Below are positions 31,359 through 39,855 of a stretch of 64,000 bases of DNA, one piece after another. The notes beneath the pieces are model-generated. The model searched no databases and was not told the origin of the DNA. It saw only the letters and a list, made by a program, of their open reading frames with translations. The stretch lies in assembly GCA_965219085.1 (NCBI GenBank), contig OZ244720.1, positions 480,001 through 544,000 of the forward strand. Reading direction: 5' to 3'. The translations under genes were made by a program, and so were the position numbers. Origin of the DNA: Dehalococcoidia bacterium. Its GTDB lineage: Bacteria; Chloroflexota; Dehalococcoidia; UBA2979. The first letter of the stretch is position 1. Every line of letters starts with the position of its first letter.

Positions 31359-31753
31359 TCTTCGTTGACACGAACGTCTTCATGTACGCGGTCGGGGGCG
31401 CGCATCCTCTGAGGGATCCGGCGCGAGCGTTCTTCCGCGATGCCCATCGGGAACGGGCGCCCCTGTGTACCTCAGCGGAGGTGCTGCGGGAGCTCATGCA
31501 CGTCTACCTGCGCGCTGGGCGGGCTGAGGCGCTCGATGCAGCCTCGTCGCTGGTTGCGAGGGCCGGGCTCGATATCTGGGCCCTTGAACCCGACGACGTA
31601 GAACTGGCCCGCCAGCTTATGGACAGCTATCCCGGTCTCGAGCCGCGCGATCTCTGCCATCTCGCCAGTTGCCGCAGGCGAGGGGTGAGCGAGATCAGGA
31701 CATTCGACCGCGCCCTCGGCGCCGCAGTGTCCGGGCTTGCAGCCGGAAGCTGA
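31355..31753 (+). CDS. vapC: VapC PIN-domain toxin
   Basis: IFVDTNVFMY, EVLRE, RDLCHLA, TFDR. Confidence 0.88.
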   Translation: MIFVDTNVFMYAVGGAHPLRDPARAFFRDAHRERAPLCTSAEVLRELMHVYLRAGRAEALDAASSLVARAGLDIWALEPDDVELARQLMDSYPGLEPRDLCHLASCRRRGVSEIRTFDRALGAAVSGLAAGS

Positions 31754-31778
31754 AGCTTCGAAGGCACAATCCTCGCGG

Positions 31779-32528
31779 CTAGTGGACGAACATGCCGCCG
31801 TTGACGTTGAACACCGAACCCGTGATGTAGGTGCCCTCGGTCACGATGTAGCGCACGAGGCTCGCGACCTCCTCGGGCCGTCCAAGCCGCCCCAGCAGGA
31901 TCTCGCCCCTGAGGTTCTCACGCTGCTGGTCGTTGAGCCCCGACAGCATGTCCGTCTCGATGAAGCCCGGCGCGATCGCGTTGACGTGGATGTTGAAGCG
32001 CGCGCCCTCGCGCGCGAGCCCGCGCACGAAGCCGATCGCCGCCTCCTTCGAGGTGCCGTAGTTGACCAGCCCGAGGCGGCCCGTCTCGCCGACGATCGAG
32101 GCGATGCAGACCACGTGCCCGCCGCCGGCCTCGCCCATCGCCCGCCAGACCGGGCTCGTCACGTTGTAGAGCCCGTTGACGTTGGTATCGATGACCGTGT
32201 GCCACTCCTCGGGCGTCATGCGCGCGACCGTGCGGTCGGCGGTGGTGCCGGCGTTGTTGATCAGCACGCGCACCGGCCCCAGGTCGTTCACGACCGCGTC
32301 GACCATCGCCTGGCACTGCTCGAGGTCGGAGACGTCGGCCTGGTAGGCGCGCGCCGTGCCGCCCGCGCCCTCGATCTCGCCGACGACCCCCGCGGCGGCT
32401 TCGGCGTTGGCGACGTAGTTGACGGCGACCGCGGCGCCCTGGCCCGCGAGTTCGAGCGCGATCGCGCGCCCGATGCCCCTCGATCCGCCCGTTACCAGTG
32501 CGACCTGTCCGTCCAGCGCTCCAGCCAT
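31779..32528 (-). CDS. SDR oxidoreductase (FabG/PhaB-like)
   Basis: TGGSRGIG, NNAG, YGTSK, APGFIETDM, NVNGG. Confidence 0.92.
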   Translation of the reverse strand: MAGALDGQVALVTGGSRGIGRAIALELAGQGAAVAVNYVANAEAAAGVVGEIEGAGGTARAYQADVSDLEQCQAMVDAVVNDLGPVRVLINNAGTTADRTVARMTPEEWHTVIDTNVNGLYNVTSPVWRAMGEAGGGHVVCIASIVGETGRLGLVNYGTSKEAAIGFVRGLAREGARFNIHVNAIAPGFIETDMLSGLNDQQRENLRGEILLGRLGRPEEVASLVRYIVTEGTYITGSVFNVNGGMFVH

Positions 32529-32766
32529 GTGTTGCCCTCCTCGGTGTCGTGTTGCGTTGCCGCGCGCACCGTACCGCACCGGGGCCGCTGGCGGGGAGTG
32601 GGGAGGGCCGCCACCACCTGACGACGCGAGGCCGTATCCTGCGTGCACGGCCCGGGACCGATGCCCGTTCCGGACCGGCCTCCGAGCGCCCGGCGTGCGT
32701 CCCGTTGCGCGAAGGCCGCCCCTGGGGCCGCGCGACCGCCCGCGGCGGCGGTGAGTTGGAGCCTGC

Positions 32767-34203
32767 ATGCTCTCCCGCTCGTTCGTCGTGCTGTGGATTG
32801 CGATGGCCGTTGCGGTCATGGGCATCGCCATGGTCTCGCCGTTGCTCCCCGTGTTCGTACGCGAGGAGCTGCACGGCCCCGAGTTTGCCGTAGCGCTCTC
32901 GTTCTCGGCGATCGCGATCAGCCAGATCGCCACGTCGCCATTCGTGGGGCGGTTCGCCGACAAGTTCGGGCCGAAGCCGTTCATCGTGCTCGGCTTCTTC
33001 ATCTACGCCGCGGGCGGCGTCGGCTTCATCTTCGCGCAGACGTGGGAGATGGTGATCGTCTTCCGCGTCGTCTCCGGTGTCGGCGCCGCCTCCATGTTCC
33101 CGACGACGATGGCATACGTCGGCCGGCTCGCTCCGCCTGGGTTCGAGGGCCGCTACATGGGCGCGTTCTCGATCTCGTGGATCGCGGGGTTTGGCATCGG
33201 GCCGCTGTTTGGTGGCACCATTCGCGACTTCGTCTCCTCGGACGCCGCGTTCGCGACGATGTCATTCATGCTCTTCGCGGTCGGCGTGGCGGTGTTCCTG
33301 CTGCTGCCCAAGGGCCGGCCCGGTGCCGGCTCCGGGCGCGAGGACGACGAGGAGGTCCTCGAGCCGGGACTGCCGATGATCGAGGTGCTCAAGCGCCCGA
33401 TCGTCCACGCGGCCATCGGTGGGCACATGGTCGTCTCGCTCGGGTGGGGCGCGGGCTTCACGTTCATCGCCGTCTACGTGGTGAGCGACGATGGCCTCGC
33501 GACGGGCAGCGCGACGTTCGCCGGCGTGCTGCTGGCCTCGCGGGCGCTGCTGACGGCGACGGCGCAACTCGTGACGGGGCCGCTCGCCGACAAGATGGAC
33601 CGCGTATTCCTGTCCGTGCTCGGCTTCGGGATCGCGGGAACCGCGCAGTTCTTCGTGCCGGACATACCCGGCGTCAGCGCCACGATCGGGATATTCGGCG
33701 GCGAACTCGTGATTGTGCCCTGGCTGCTGCTGCTCTTCGTCTTCGTGGGACTGGGCGAGGCCATCGAGTTCCCCGCGCAGCAGGCGATCTTCGTCGACGC
33801 CGGCCGCACGGTGGGTATGGGCACGATCATGGGCATCATCCAGACCGCGGGCGGGTTCGGCTTCCTCGCCGGGTCGATGTTCGGTGCGCTTGTCGTGAGC
33901 ATATGGGGGCTCGACGCGGTGTTCCGCTACGCGGGCCTCGCGATGTTCCTCGGCGGCTTCGGTTTCTGGCTGCTCATGCGGCGCGCCAAGCGCGACTTCG
34001 CGATGCTGGACGCGGCCGCCGCGGCCGACCTGCGCACGCGTTTCACGGCCAACAGGCTCGATGGCGCTCGTGCGCTGACCGGCGGCAACGGCGCGCAGCC
34101 CGACGGCGTGCAGCCCGATGGCGTCACGCACCGCGGCATGGCCGACACGCTCCAGGTGGATCGGCCACGGCAACCCGCGGTGGCGGCTGTCGACGGCGAC
34201 TGA
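32767..34203 (+). CDS. MFS transporter (DHA1/TetA-like) with extended C-terminal tail
   Basis: GRFADKFGPK motif A, IGPLFGG motif C, about 12 TM segments. Confidence 0.9.
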   Translation: MLSRSFVVLWIAMAVAVMGIAMVSPLLPVFVREELHGPEFAVALSFSAIAISQIATSPFVGRFADKFGPKPFIVLGFFIYAAGGVGFIFAQTWEMVIVFRVVSGVGAASMFPTTMAYVGRLAPPGFEGRYMGAFSISWIAGFGIGPLFGGTIRDFVSSDAAFATMSFMLFAVGVAVFLLLPKGRPGAGSGREDDEEVLEPGLPMIEVLKRPIVHAAIGGHMVVSLGWGAGFTFIAVYVVSDDGLATGSATFAGVLLASRALLTATAQLVTGPLADKMDRVFLSVLGFGIAGTAQFFVPDIPGVSATIGIFGGELVIVPWLLLLFVFVGLGEAIEFPAQQAIFVDAGRTVGMGTIMGIIQTAGGFGFLAGSMFGALVVSIWGLDAVFRYAGLAMFLGGFGFWLLMRRAKRDFAMLDAAAAADLRTRFTANRLDGARALTGGNGAQPDGVQPDGVTHRGMADTLQVDRPRQPAVAAVDGD

Positions 34204-34258
34204 GTCGCGTTCTGGCCGCGAGGTGCGCGTTAGCGCCATCCCTTGTCACACTGTCGGC

Positions 34259-35227
34259 GTGATCGGGATCGTACTCGCCAGCGACCAGGGTCTCCTGCAC
34301 GTCCTCCCCGGTGCGGACGCGGAGATGGCGCTGCCCGGCGTGCGCTGCACCTCGCTCGACTACCGCGACGGCGTCGCGATTGCAGCGGCGCCGGAGCGCG
34401 GCGTGTGGATGAACGACGGCGGCGGCTGGGAGCGGGTGTGGGAGGGCAATGCCCACGCCGTGCGCCTCGCCGGCGACGGGGTGTGCTACGCGGCCGAGAC
34501 GCCGCCGCGCCTGCACCGCTCGCGCGACGGCGGCGAGACGTGGGCCGAGCTGCCGAACGTGCCGAGCATCGTGCGGGCCCACAACGCGCGCCGTCCGGGC
34601 GCGCCCCGCAGCGAGGTCGAGATCGTCGGCATCGCGTTCCCGCAGGGGCAGCTACTGCTCGGGATGCGCGGCATGGGCACGTGGCTGTCGCGCGACGGGG
34701 GCCAGTCGTGGATGCGCGGCGATCAAATCGAGCTGTCCGCCCGCTCCGAGCCGCTGCAGGCGGTGGCCCTGGGGGAACACCTCAACGGCATCTGGGACCA
34801 CCAGGAGCGTAACGACCGCCTCTACGCGGCGTCGCGGCGCGGCTTCTTCCGCTCCGATGATGGTGGCTTCACGTGGCAGCGCACCCAGCAGGGCCTCGAC
34901 CGCTTCAACGCAAATGGTGTCGCGGTGCTCCCAGGCACGCCCGACGCGCTGCTGCTCTCGATCGCGTCGAGGGGTGTCGATGCGGAGGACGGGGCCGACG
35001 CGGCGCTGTTCCGCTCGGTCAACGGCGGCCTGATGTGGGATCGGGTGACGCTCGGCGACGAGGACGTGTGGCCACGGCCGCCCCTCGTGAGCGCCGTCAC
35101 CGGCGGCATGGACATGCTGTTCGCGCACGCCGGCGCGAGCATCTGGGCATCGCACGACCGGGGCGCGCGCTGGCTCCCCATCGCCGACGGGCTGCCGCCG
35201 GCGATCGCGATGGTGGCCGCGCTGTAG
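34259..35227 (+). CDS. BNR/Asp-box repeat beta-propeller protein
   Basis: Five S-x-[DN]-x-G-x-x-W Asp-boxes; GTG start 6 nt after TGnCACACT. Confidence 0.8.
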   Translation: MIGIVLASDQGLLHVLPGADAEMALPGVRCTSLDYRDGVAIAAAPERGVWMNDGGGWERVWEGNAHAVRLAGDGVCYAAETPPRLHRSRDGGETWAELPNVPSIVRAHNARRPGAPRSEVEIVGIAFPQGQLLLGMRGMGTWLSRDGGQSWMRGDQIELSARSEPLQAVALGEHLNGIWDHQERNDRLYAASRRGFFRSDDGGFTWQRTQQGLDRFNANGVAVLPGTPDALLLSIASRGVDAEDGADAALFRSVNGGLMWDRVTLGDEDVWPRPPLVSAVTGGMDMLFAHAGASIWASHDRGARWLPIADGLPPAIAMVAAL

Positions 35228-35336
35228 GAGCGTGCAACCCTGGACGGTTCCCCTTACTCTGTCCACGCTGCTCCCACGGTAGCTCCCGCCCGTCGCCGAT
35301 CCCACGGCGATCGGACGGAAGGTTGGCGATGCCCTC

Positions 35337-35681
35337 ATGACTGCATTCAACGACGCGACTGCGACAAAGGGCGACCTCCGAGAACTGGAGGCGCGGCTGG
35401 AGTCGCAGACGAAGACCGGCCTCCGGGAACTGGAGGCGCGGTTGGACTCGCAGACAAAGGCGGACCTCCGCGAACTGGAGGTCCGCCTCGAGTCTCAGAC
35501 CAGGGCGGACCTCCGCGACTCGGAGGCACGCCTTGAGTCTCATTTCCGGGACATGTTCGCGACGAAGGCCGATCTCTTCCAGATGGAGACTCGCATTACG
35601 CGCTGGGTGGTGGGTGCGGTCATGGGAAGCATCGGCGCTGCTACGGCGATTGCCTTCGCGCTTGCCCGCTTCGTCTCCTGA
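35337..35681 (+). CDS. Coiled-coil protein with C-terminal TM segment (DUF1640/CCDC90-like)
   Basis: ATKGDL...ATKADL repeats, then ITRWVVG and a TM segment. Confidence 0.8.
   Translation: MTAFNDATATKGDLRELEARLESQTKTGLRELEARLDSQTKADLRELEVRLESQTRADLRDSEARLESHFRDMFATKADLFQMETRITRWVVGAVMGSIGAATAIAFALARFVS
35364..35543 (+). repeat. Four 45-bp coding tandem repeats
   Basis: TKGDLRELEARLESQ / TKTGLRELEARLDSQ / TKADLRELEVRLESQ / TRADLRDSEARLESH. Confidence 0.9.
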
Positions 35682-35687
35682 CGGGCC

Positions 35688-36620
35688 CTACCCGCGCCCG
35701 CCCTCGAGGAACGTGCGCGGCGCCTCGATCAGCATCGCCTCGATGTCGGACGCCGGGATGCCTGCGTCGGTCAGCTTCGGGCGCAGCTCGTTCGCGATGT
35801 ACGTGAAGTCGCTCGGCGAGTCGTGCGCGCCGTGGCGGCGGAACGAGTTCTGCTCCGGCGCGTAGTCGTGCGCGAGCATGATGTGGTCCGCGCGCCCCTC
35901 GGCGCAGAGCGTGGCGATTGCCGCGATCACCTCGGACTCGATCTCCGGCCGCCAGCGGAAGTGGTCGATGGAGAGGTAGTGCCCCGCCTCGAGCACCTCC
36001 CGCAGGTACTCGACGTCGCCGGTGAAGGAGTGGCCGATGGCGACGAGGTGCGGCGCGACGCCGGTGTCGGCGAAGACGCGCATCTGCTCGCGGCCGATGG
36101 TGTACGGCCCGGTGTGGGTGGTGACGGGGACACCCGTGCGCGTTGCCGCCTCCGCGGCGCCGCGGAGGATGCGCTCCTCCTCGTTGCCGATGCCCGGCGG
36201 GTCGCTGTTCGCGACCTTGATCACGCCCGCGCGGATATCGGTGCCGCCGACGCCGACCTCGATCTCGTGCTGGAAGATGTCGGCGTACTCCACGGCGGTG
36301 GCCGTGCTCAGCGCGCGCGGGTGGTCGAGCCAGATGCCCGTGGCGACGACAACGTTGACGCCCGAGCGCTCCGAGACCGTGCGCATGAGCTCGGGCTGAC
36401 GGCCGAGGTCGGGCGTGGTCACGTCGACGATCGTGCGCACGCCGGCCTCTCGCGCCTCGATGAGTTCGGCGGTGACGTGGTCCAACTCGGCCTCGGTGTC
36501 GAAGAGCCACGGGTAGAACTCGCGCAGGCCCGCCGAGGAGACGAAGAGGTGCTCGTGCCCGTGCGTCAGGCCAAGCTGATCGCCGGGCACCGGCCCGAGC
36601 GCCGTCTGGACATCGACCAT
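35688..36620 (-). CDS. Phosphotriesterase-family amidohydrolase
   Basis: THGHEH, VDVTTPDLGR, ATG, GVIKVA, TTHT, IGHS, AHD. Confidence 0.9.
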   Translation of the reverse strand: MVDVQTALGPVPGDQLGLTHGHEHLFVSSAGLREFYPWLFDTEAELDHVTAELIEAREAGVRTIVDVTTPDLGRQPELMRTVSERSGVNVVVATGIWLDHPRALSTATAVEYADIFQHEIEVGVGGTDIRAGVIKVANSDPPGIGNEEERILRGAAEAATRTGVPVTTHTGPYTIGREQMRVFADTGVAPHLVAIGHSFTGDVEYLREVLEAGHYLSIDHFRWRPEIESEVIAAIATLCAEGRADHIMLAHDYAPEQNSFRRHGAHDSPSDFTYIANELRPKLTDAGIPASDIEAMLIEAPRTFLEGGRG

Positions 36621-36634
36621 CGCTGCCTCCTGAG

Positions 36635-38086
36635 CTACGCGCCGGAATCCGCCATGCCTGCATGCGTGAGTCGAGCGCGCCCGGCTGCCCCGGGCGCTCC
36701 GGGCGCACCGTCGAGCGAGGAGGGCGCGGATGGCGTCGACGCTGCTGCGGCCAGGGCCGCAACCGCTGCGGGAGCGGGGGCCGTGGGAGACGCGGGGACC
36801 GCCACGGGGCCGAGCGCCCTCGCGGCCTCGATCTCGTTCCAGATCGGCCGCCGCACGAGCACGACGAAGATGGCGCCGGACGCCGCGACGAAGGCGTAGA
36901 TGGTGAAGATTCCCTGGTACGTGCCCGTTTGGTCGAACACGAAGCCCGCCAGGACCGGGGCGACGATGGTGACGGGCGTCTGGAAACTGCTCGCCAGCCC
37001 TCGCAGTGTCGCGAAGCGCAGCGTGCCGAAGTAGTCGGCGATGAGCGTCATCTGCACCACGAGCCACGCGGCGTGCCCGAAGCCGAACGCGGCGTAGTAA
37101 AACGGGATGAGCCACAGCCGGCCCGGCTCGAGCTGCACGAACATCAGCATCCCGATGCCCTGGAGCAGGAAGCCGAGCGCGTAGACGCGTCGCCGCCCGA
37201 GCGCGTCGGCGATCCAGCCGGCGAAGATTCGTAGCAAGACCTGGAACGCGCCGTAGAACGCGACGACGAGCGCCGCGCTGCCGGTCGAGAACCCCGCGTG
37301 CTCCAGGTGCGGCACCTGGAGCACGACCCACGCGACGATCGCGAACGTGCCGCAGGCGTTGGCCAGCGCGAGCAGGTAGAAGGCCGGGATCCGCAGCCCG
37401 CCGCCCACCGTGAACCCGGTGAGTGTCGGCATCGCGATCGGTGCGCCCGAGGGCTCCTCGGGCGCTTCGCCGTCCGGCAGGTAGCCGTAGGGTTGCGGCC
37501 GGTTGCGCAGCAGCAGCGCGAGCGGCACGCCGAGCGTGAAGACGATCGCGGCCGCGATCAGGAGCGTCTCGCGCCAGCCGAACCAGCTCACGAACAGCGC
37601 GACGACCGGGACGACGAAGTAGCCCGCGCCGTTGCCCGCGTTGAGCACGCCCATCGCGCGGGCGCGCTTGCGATCGAACCAGTTCATGACGGCGGCGGAG
37701 AACGCCATCAGCGAGCCGATGCTGTTGCCCGTCGCCATGAGCAAGCTGGCAAGGTAGTAGACCTCGAGCGAGCGCGCCTGCGAGAAGAGCACCAGCCCGC
37801 CGCTGAGCACGATCACCCCGGCGACGGCCATCTTGCGCGGGCCCAGCTTGTCGAGCATGAAGCCGGAGATGGGCGCCACCAGTCCCTGCTCGAGGCTCCC
37901 CAGGGAGAAGCCGAGCGAGATCGCGGCGATGCTCCAGCCCAGCTCGTCCCGCATCGGGCCGATGAAGACGCCGAAGCCGAAGACGGCGATGCCGATGGTG
38001 ACGAAGTTGCTGAGGGCGCCGCCGTAGGCGATGTACCAGCCGTAGAAGAAACGTTGGCGCGGTCGGGCCGCTGCGGCGTTGGTCAT
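36635..38086 (-). CDS. MFS transporter (OFA/YhjX-like) with extended C-terminal tail
   Basis: FFYGW, LDKLGPR, RNRPQPYGYLPDG, ADYFG. Confidence 0.92.
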   Translation of the reverse strand: MTNAAAARPRQRFFYGWYIAYGGALSNFVTIGIAVFGFGVFIGPMRDELGWSIAAISLGFSLGSLEQGLVAPISGFMLDKLGPRKMAVAGVIVLSGGLVLFSQARSLEVYYLASLLMATGNSIGSLMAFSAAVMNWFDRKRARAMGVLNAGNGAGYFVVPVVALFVSWFGWRETLLIAAAIVFTLGVPLALLLRNRPQPYGYLPDGEAPEEPSGAPIAMPTLTGFTVGGGLRIPAFYLLALANACGTFAIVAWVVLQVPHLEHAGFSTGSAALVVAFYGAFQVLLRIFAGWIADALGRRRVYALGFLLQGIGMLMFVQLEPGRLWLIPFYYAAFGFGHAAWLVVQMTLIADYFGTLRFATLRGLASSFQTPVTIVAPVLAGFVFDQTGTYQGIFTIYAFVAASGAIFVVLVRRPIWNEIEAARALGPVAVPASPTAPAPAAVAALAAAASTPSAPSSLDGAPGAPGAAGRARLTHAGMADSGA

Positions 38087-38161
38087 CGGCTCTCCCTGAC
38101 GCGCGCCGTGCGCACGGCGCGCGCGCGGCCTGCGCCGAGTATAGGCGGGTCGCGAGGAGCG

Positions 38162-39664
38162 TTAGCGCTGTTGGGCCGGAACGGTGGGATTCTGGCCCAC
38201 GGGGGGGGCGTCGCCGCCGTTCGCCGATGCGGGGACAGGCCAGGCGCTCTCGCGCCACTGGACGGTCTCGGCCATGCCGGCGTGGGTGACGCCGTTCGCG
38301 TACGCGCCGTTGGCGCCGTTGGCGCCGGCGCCGTTGGTGGCAAGGGCGGCCAGCCCGTGCGGGGCGACGGGTACGGGCATCGGCGCCGCGGCCGCCGACT
38401 CGGGGAGCTCGGGCTTCTTCGCGAAGGCGAAGAAGACTCCGCCCGACAGCGCGAGGATCGCGAGGATGATGAAGCCGCGCTGGTAGGAGCCTGTGAGGTC
38501 GTAGGAGATGCCTGCCACGACTGGGCCGATGATCATGCCGGCCATCATCACCATCGACGAGAAGCCCATGATCTTGCCGAAGGACTGGCGCCCGAAGTAG
38601 TCGGCGCGCATCGCCTGGATGAGTGGACCGCGGGTGCCCATCGCAAGCCCGTTGATGACCACGAACCCGATGACCATCACGACGTTGAACGAGAACGCCA
38701 GCAACAGCATCGCAACCGTGTGCCCGCACATCGCGATGATGATGACCATACGCTTGTTGAGGCGATCTCCAAGGATGCCGCCGATGACGACCTGACCGAT
38801 GACCATAAAGGCGGTCATGAGCGCTGACATCAGCCCGAAGAACGCGAGCGAATACCCGAGGCCCAGCGTGAGGTGCGACGCGAAGTACACCATCACCGCG
38901 CCGATCACGAGCAGCGAAGAACTGTGGCCCAGCGCGATCAGCCAGAAGGCGCTGGTGCGCAACGCCTGGGTGGTGGTGAAGTTCACCTCAGGCGGTTGCT
39001 CGTCCCCGTGGCCGGGCAAGTCGCCGTCCGGGAGCATGCCGTGGTCCTCAGGACGGTGCCGTACGATCGCCGCGAGCGGGAGGCCAATGACGAGGACGAA
39101 GATGCCCGAGGCGGCTGCCATGCCGCGCCAGCCGAGACTCTCCAGTAAGGCAACGACGCCGGGTTGCACCAGGCCACCAGCGGCGAACCCGAGCGAGACC
39201 AACGCCAGCGCGAGCGCGCGCCGCTTGTTGAACCAATTAACAACCGCGACGGTAACCGGTAAGAACGAGCCGAGCACCGAACCGAGGGCGATCAACAGGT
39301 ACGCCAGGTAGAACGTCAGGATCGAGTTGATCTGGCTCAGCGCCAGGAACCCCAGCGCGAAGATCACGAGGCCCACCATCATCACCCTGCGCGGCCCGAA
39401 GCGGTCGATCGCCCAGCCCTCGATGGGACCGAGCAAGCCGCTCTCGACGCGCTGCAGGGCGAAGGCCAGGCCGAAGGTGGCTTGGCTCCAGCCGAAATCC
39501 TCCTCGAGCAGCACCACGTAGGCACCGAACGAGTGGAAGACAAGAGCCCCGTTGAAGGTGTTCACGATGAACCCGGAGCCGACGATCCACCAGCCGAAGA
39601 AGATGCGCGAGCCGCGCTCAGTCACGGCCTGCTGCTGCTCGCGGAAGTTCGTCATCGCCGTCAT
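38162..39664 (-). CDS. MFS transporter (OFA/YhjX-like) with extended C-terminal tail
   Basis: IFFGW, IDRFGPR, RHRPEDHGMLPDG, RADYFGR; start 39664 or 39655. Confidence 0.92.
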   Translation of the reverse strand: MTAMTNFREQQQAVTERGSRIFFGWWIVGSGFIVNTFNGALVFHSFGAYVVLLEEDFGWSQATFGLAFALQRVESGLLGPIEGWAIDRFGPRRVMMVGLVIFALGFLALSQINSILTFYLAYLLIALGSVLGSFLPVTVAVVNWFNKRRALALALVSLGFAAGGLVQPGVVALLESLGWRGMAAASGIFVLVIGLPLAAIVRHRPEDHGMLPDGDLPGHGDEQPPEVNFTTTQALRTSAFWLIALGHSSSLLVIGAVMVYFASHLTLGLGYSLAFFGLMSALMTAFMVIGQVVIGGILGDRLNKRMVIIIAMCGHTVAMLLLAFSFNVVMVIGFVVINGLAMGTRGPLIQAMRADYFGRQSFGKIMGFSSMVMMAGMIIGPVVAGISYDLTGSYQRGFIILAILALSGGVFFAFAKKPELPESAAAAPMPVPVAPHGLAALATNGAGANGANGAYANGVTHAGMAETVQWRESAWPVPASANGGDAPPVGQNPTVPAQQR

Positions 39665-39855
39665 GGCTGCGGTAGGTTCCTCGTCACGCCGGGTGCGGCG
39701 AAGCGCACGGATCGGTGCTGCCGGATCATCACCCCGCCACGTGATGGGCACGGGACACGAAGGTGCGTTCGGCACCCGAGAAGCTAAGCATGCGCGAGCA
39801 GGAGTGCGGTGTCCAGCACCTCACGTGAGGGGAAGCGATTCTCCGCCCAGGATCG

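Noticed and set aside
32529-32766. Riboswitch in long leaders (also 25590-25817, 39665-39855, 56982-57318)
   Set aside because: No TPP, cobalamin, FMN, SAM or glycine core motifs recognised by eye; an Rfam scan is needed to exclude them fully
35364-35543. 45-bp periodic repeat as a CRISPR array
   Set aside because: No unique spacers; the units are in-frame coding repeats varying at codon third positions; no cas genes
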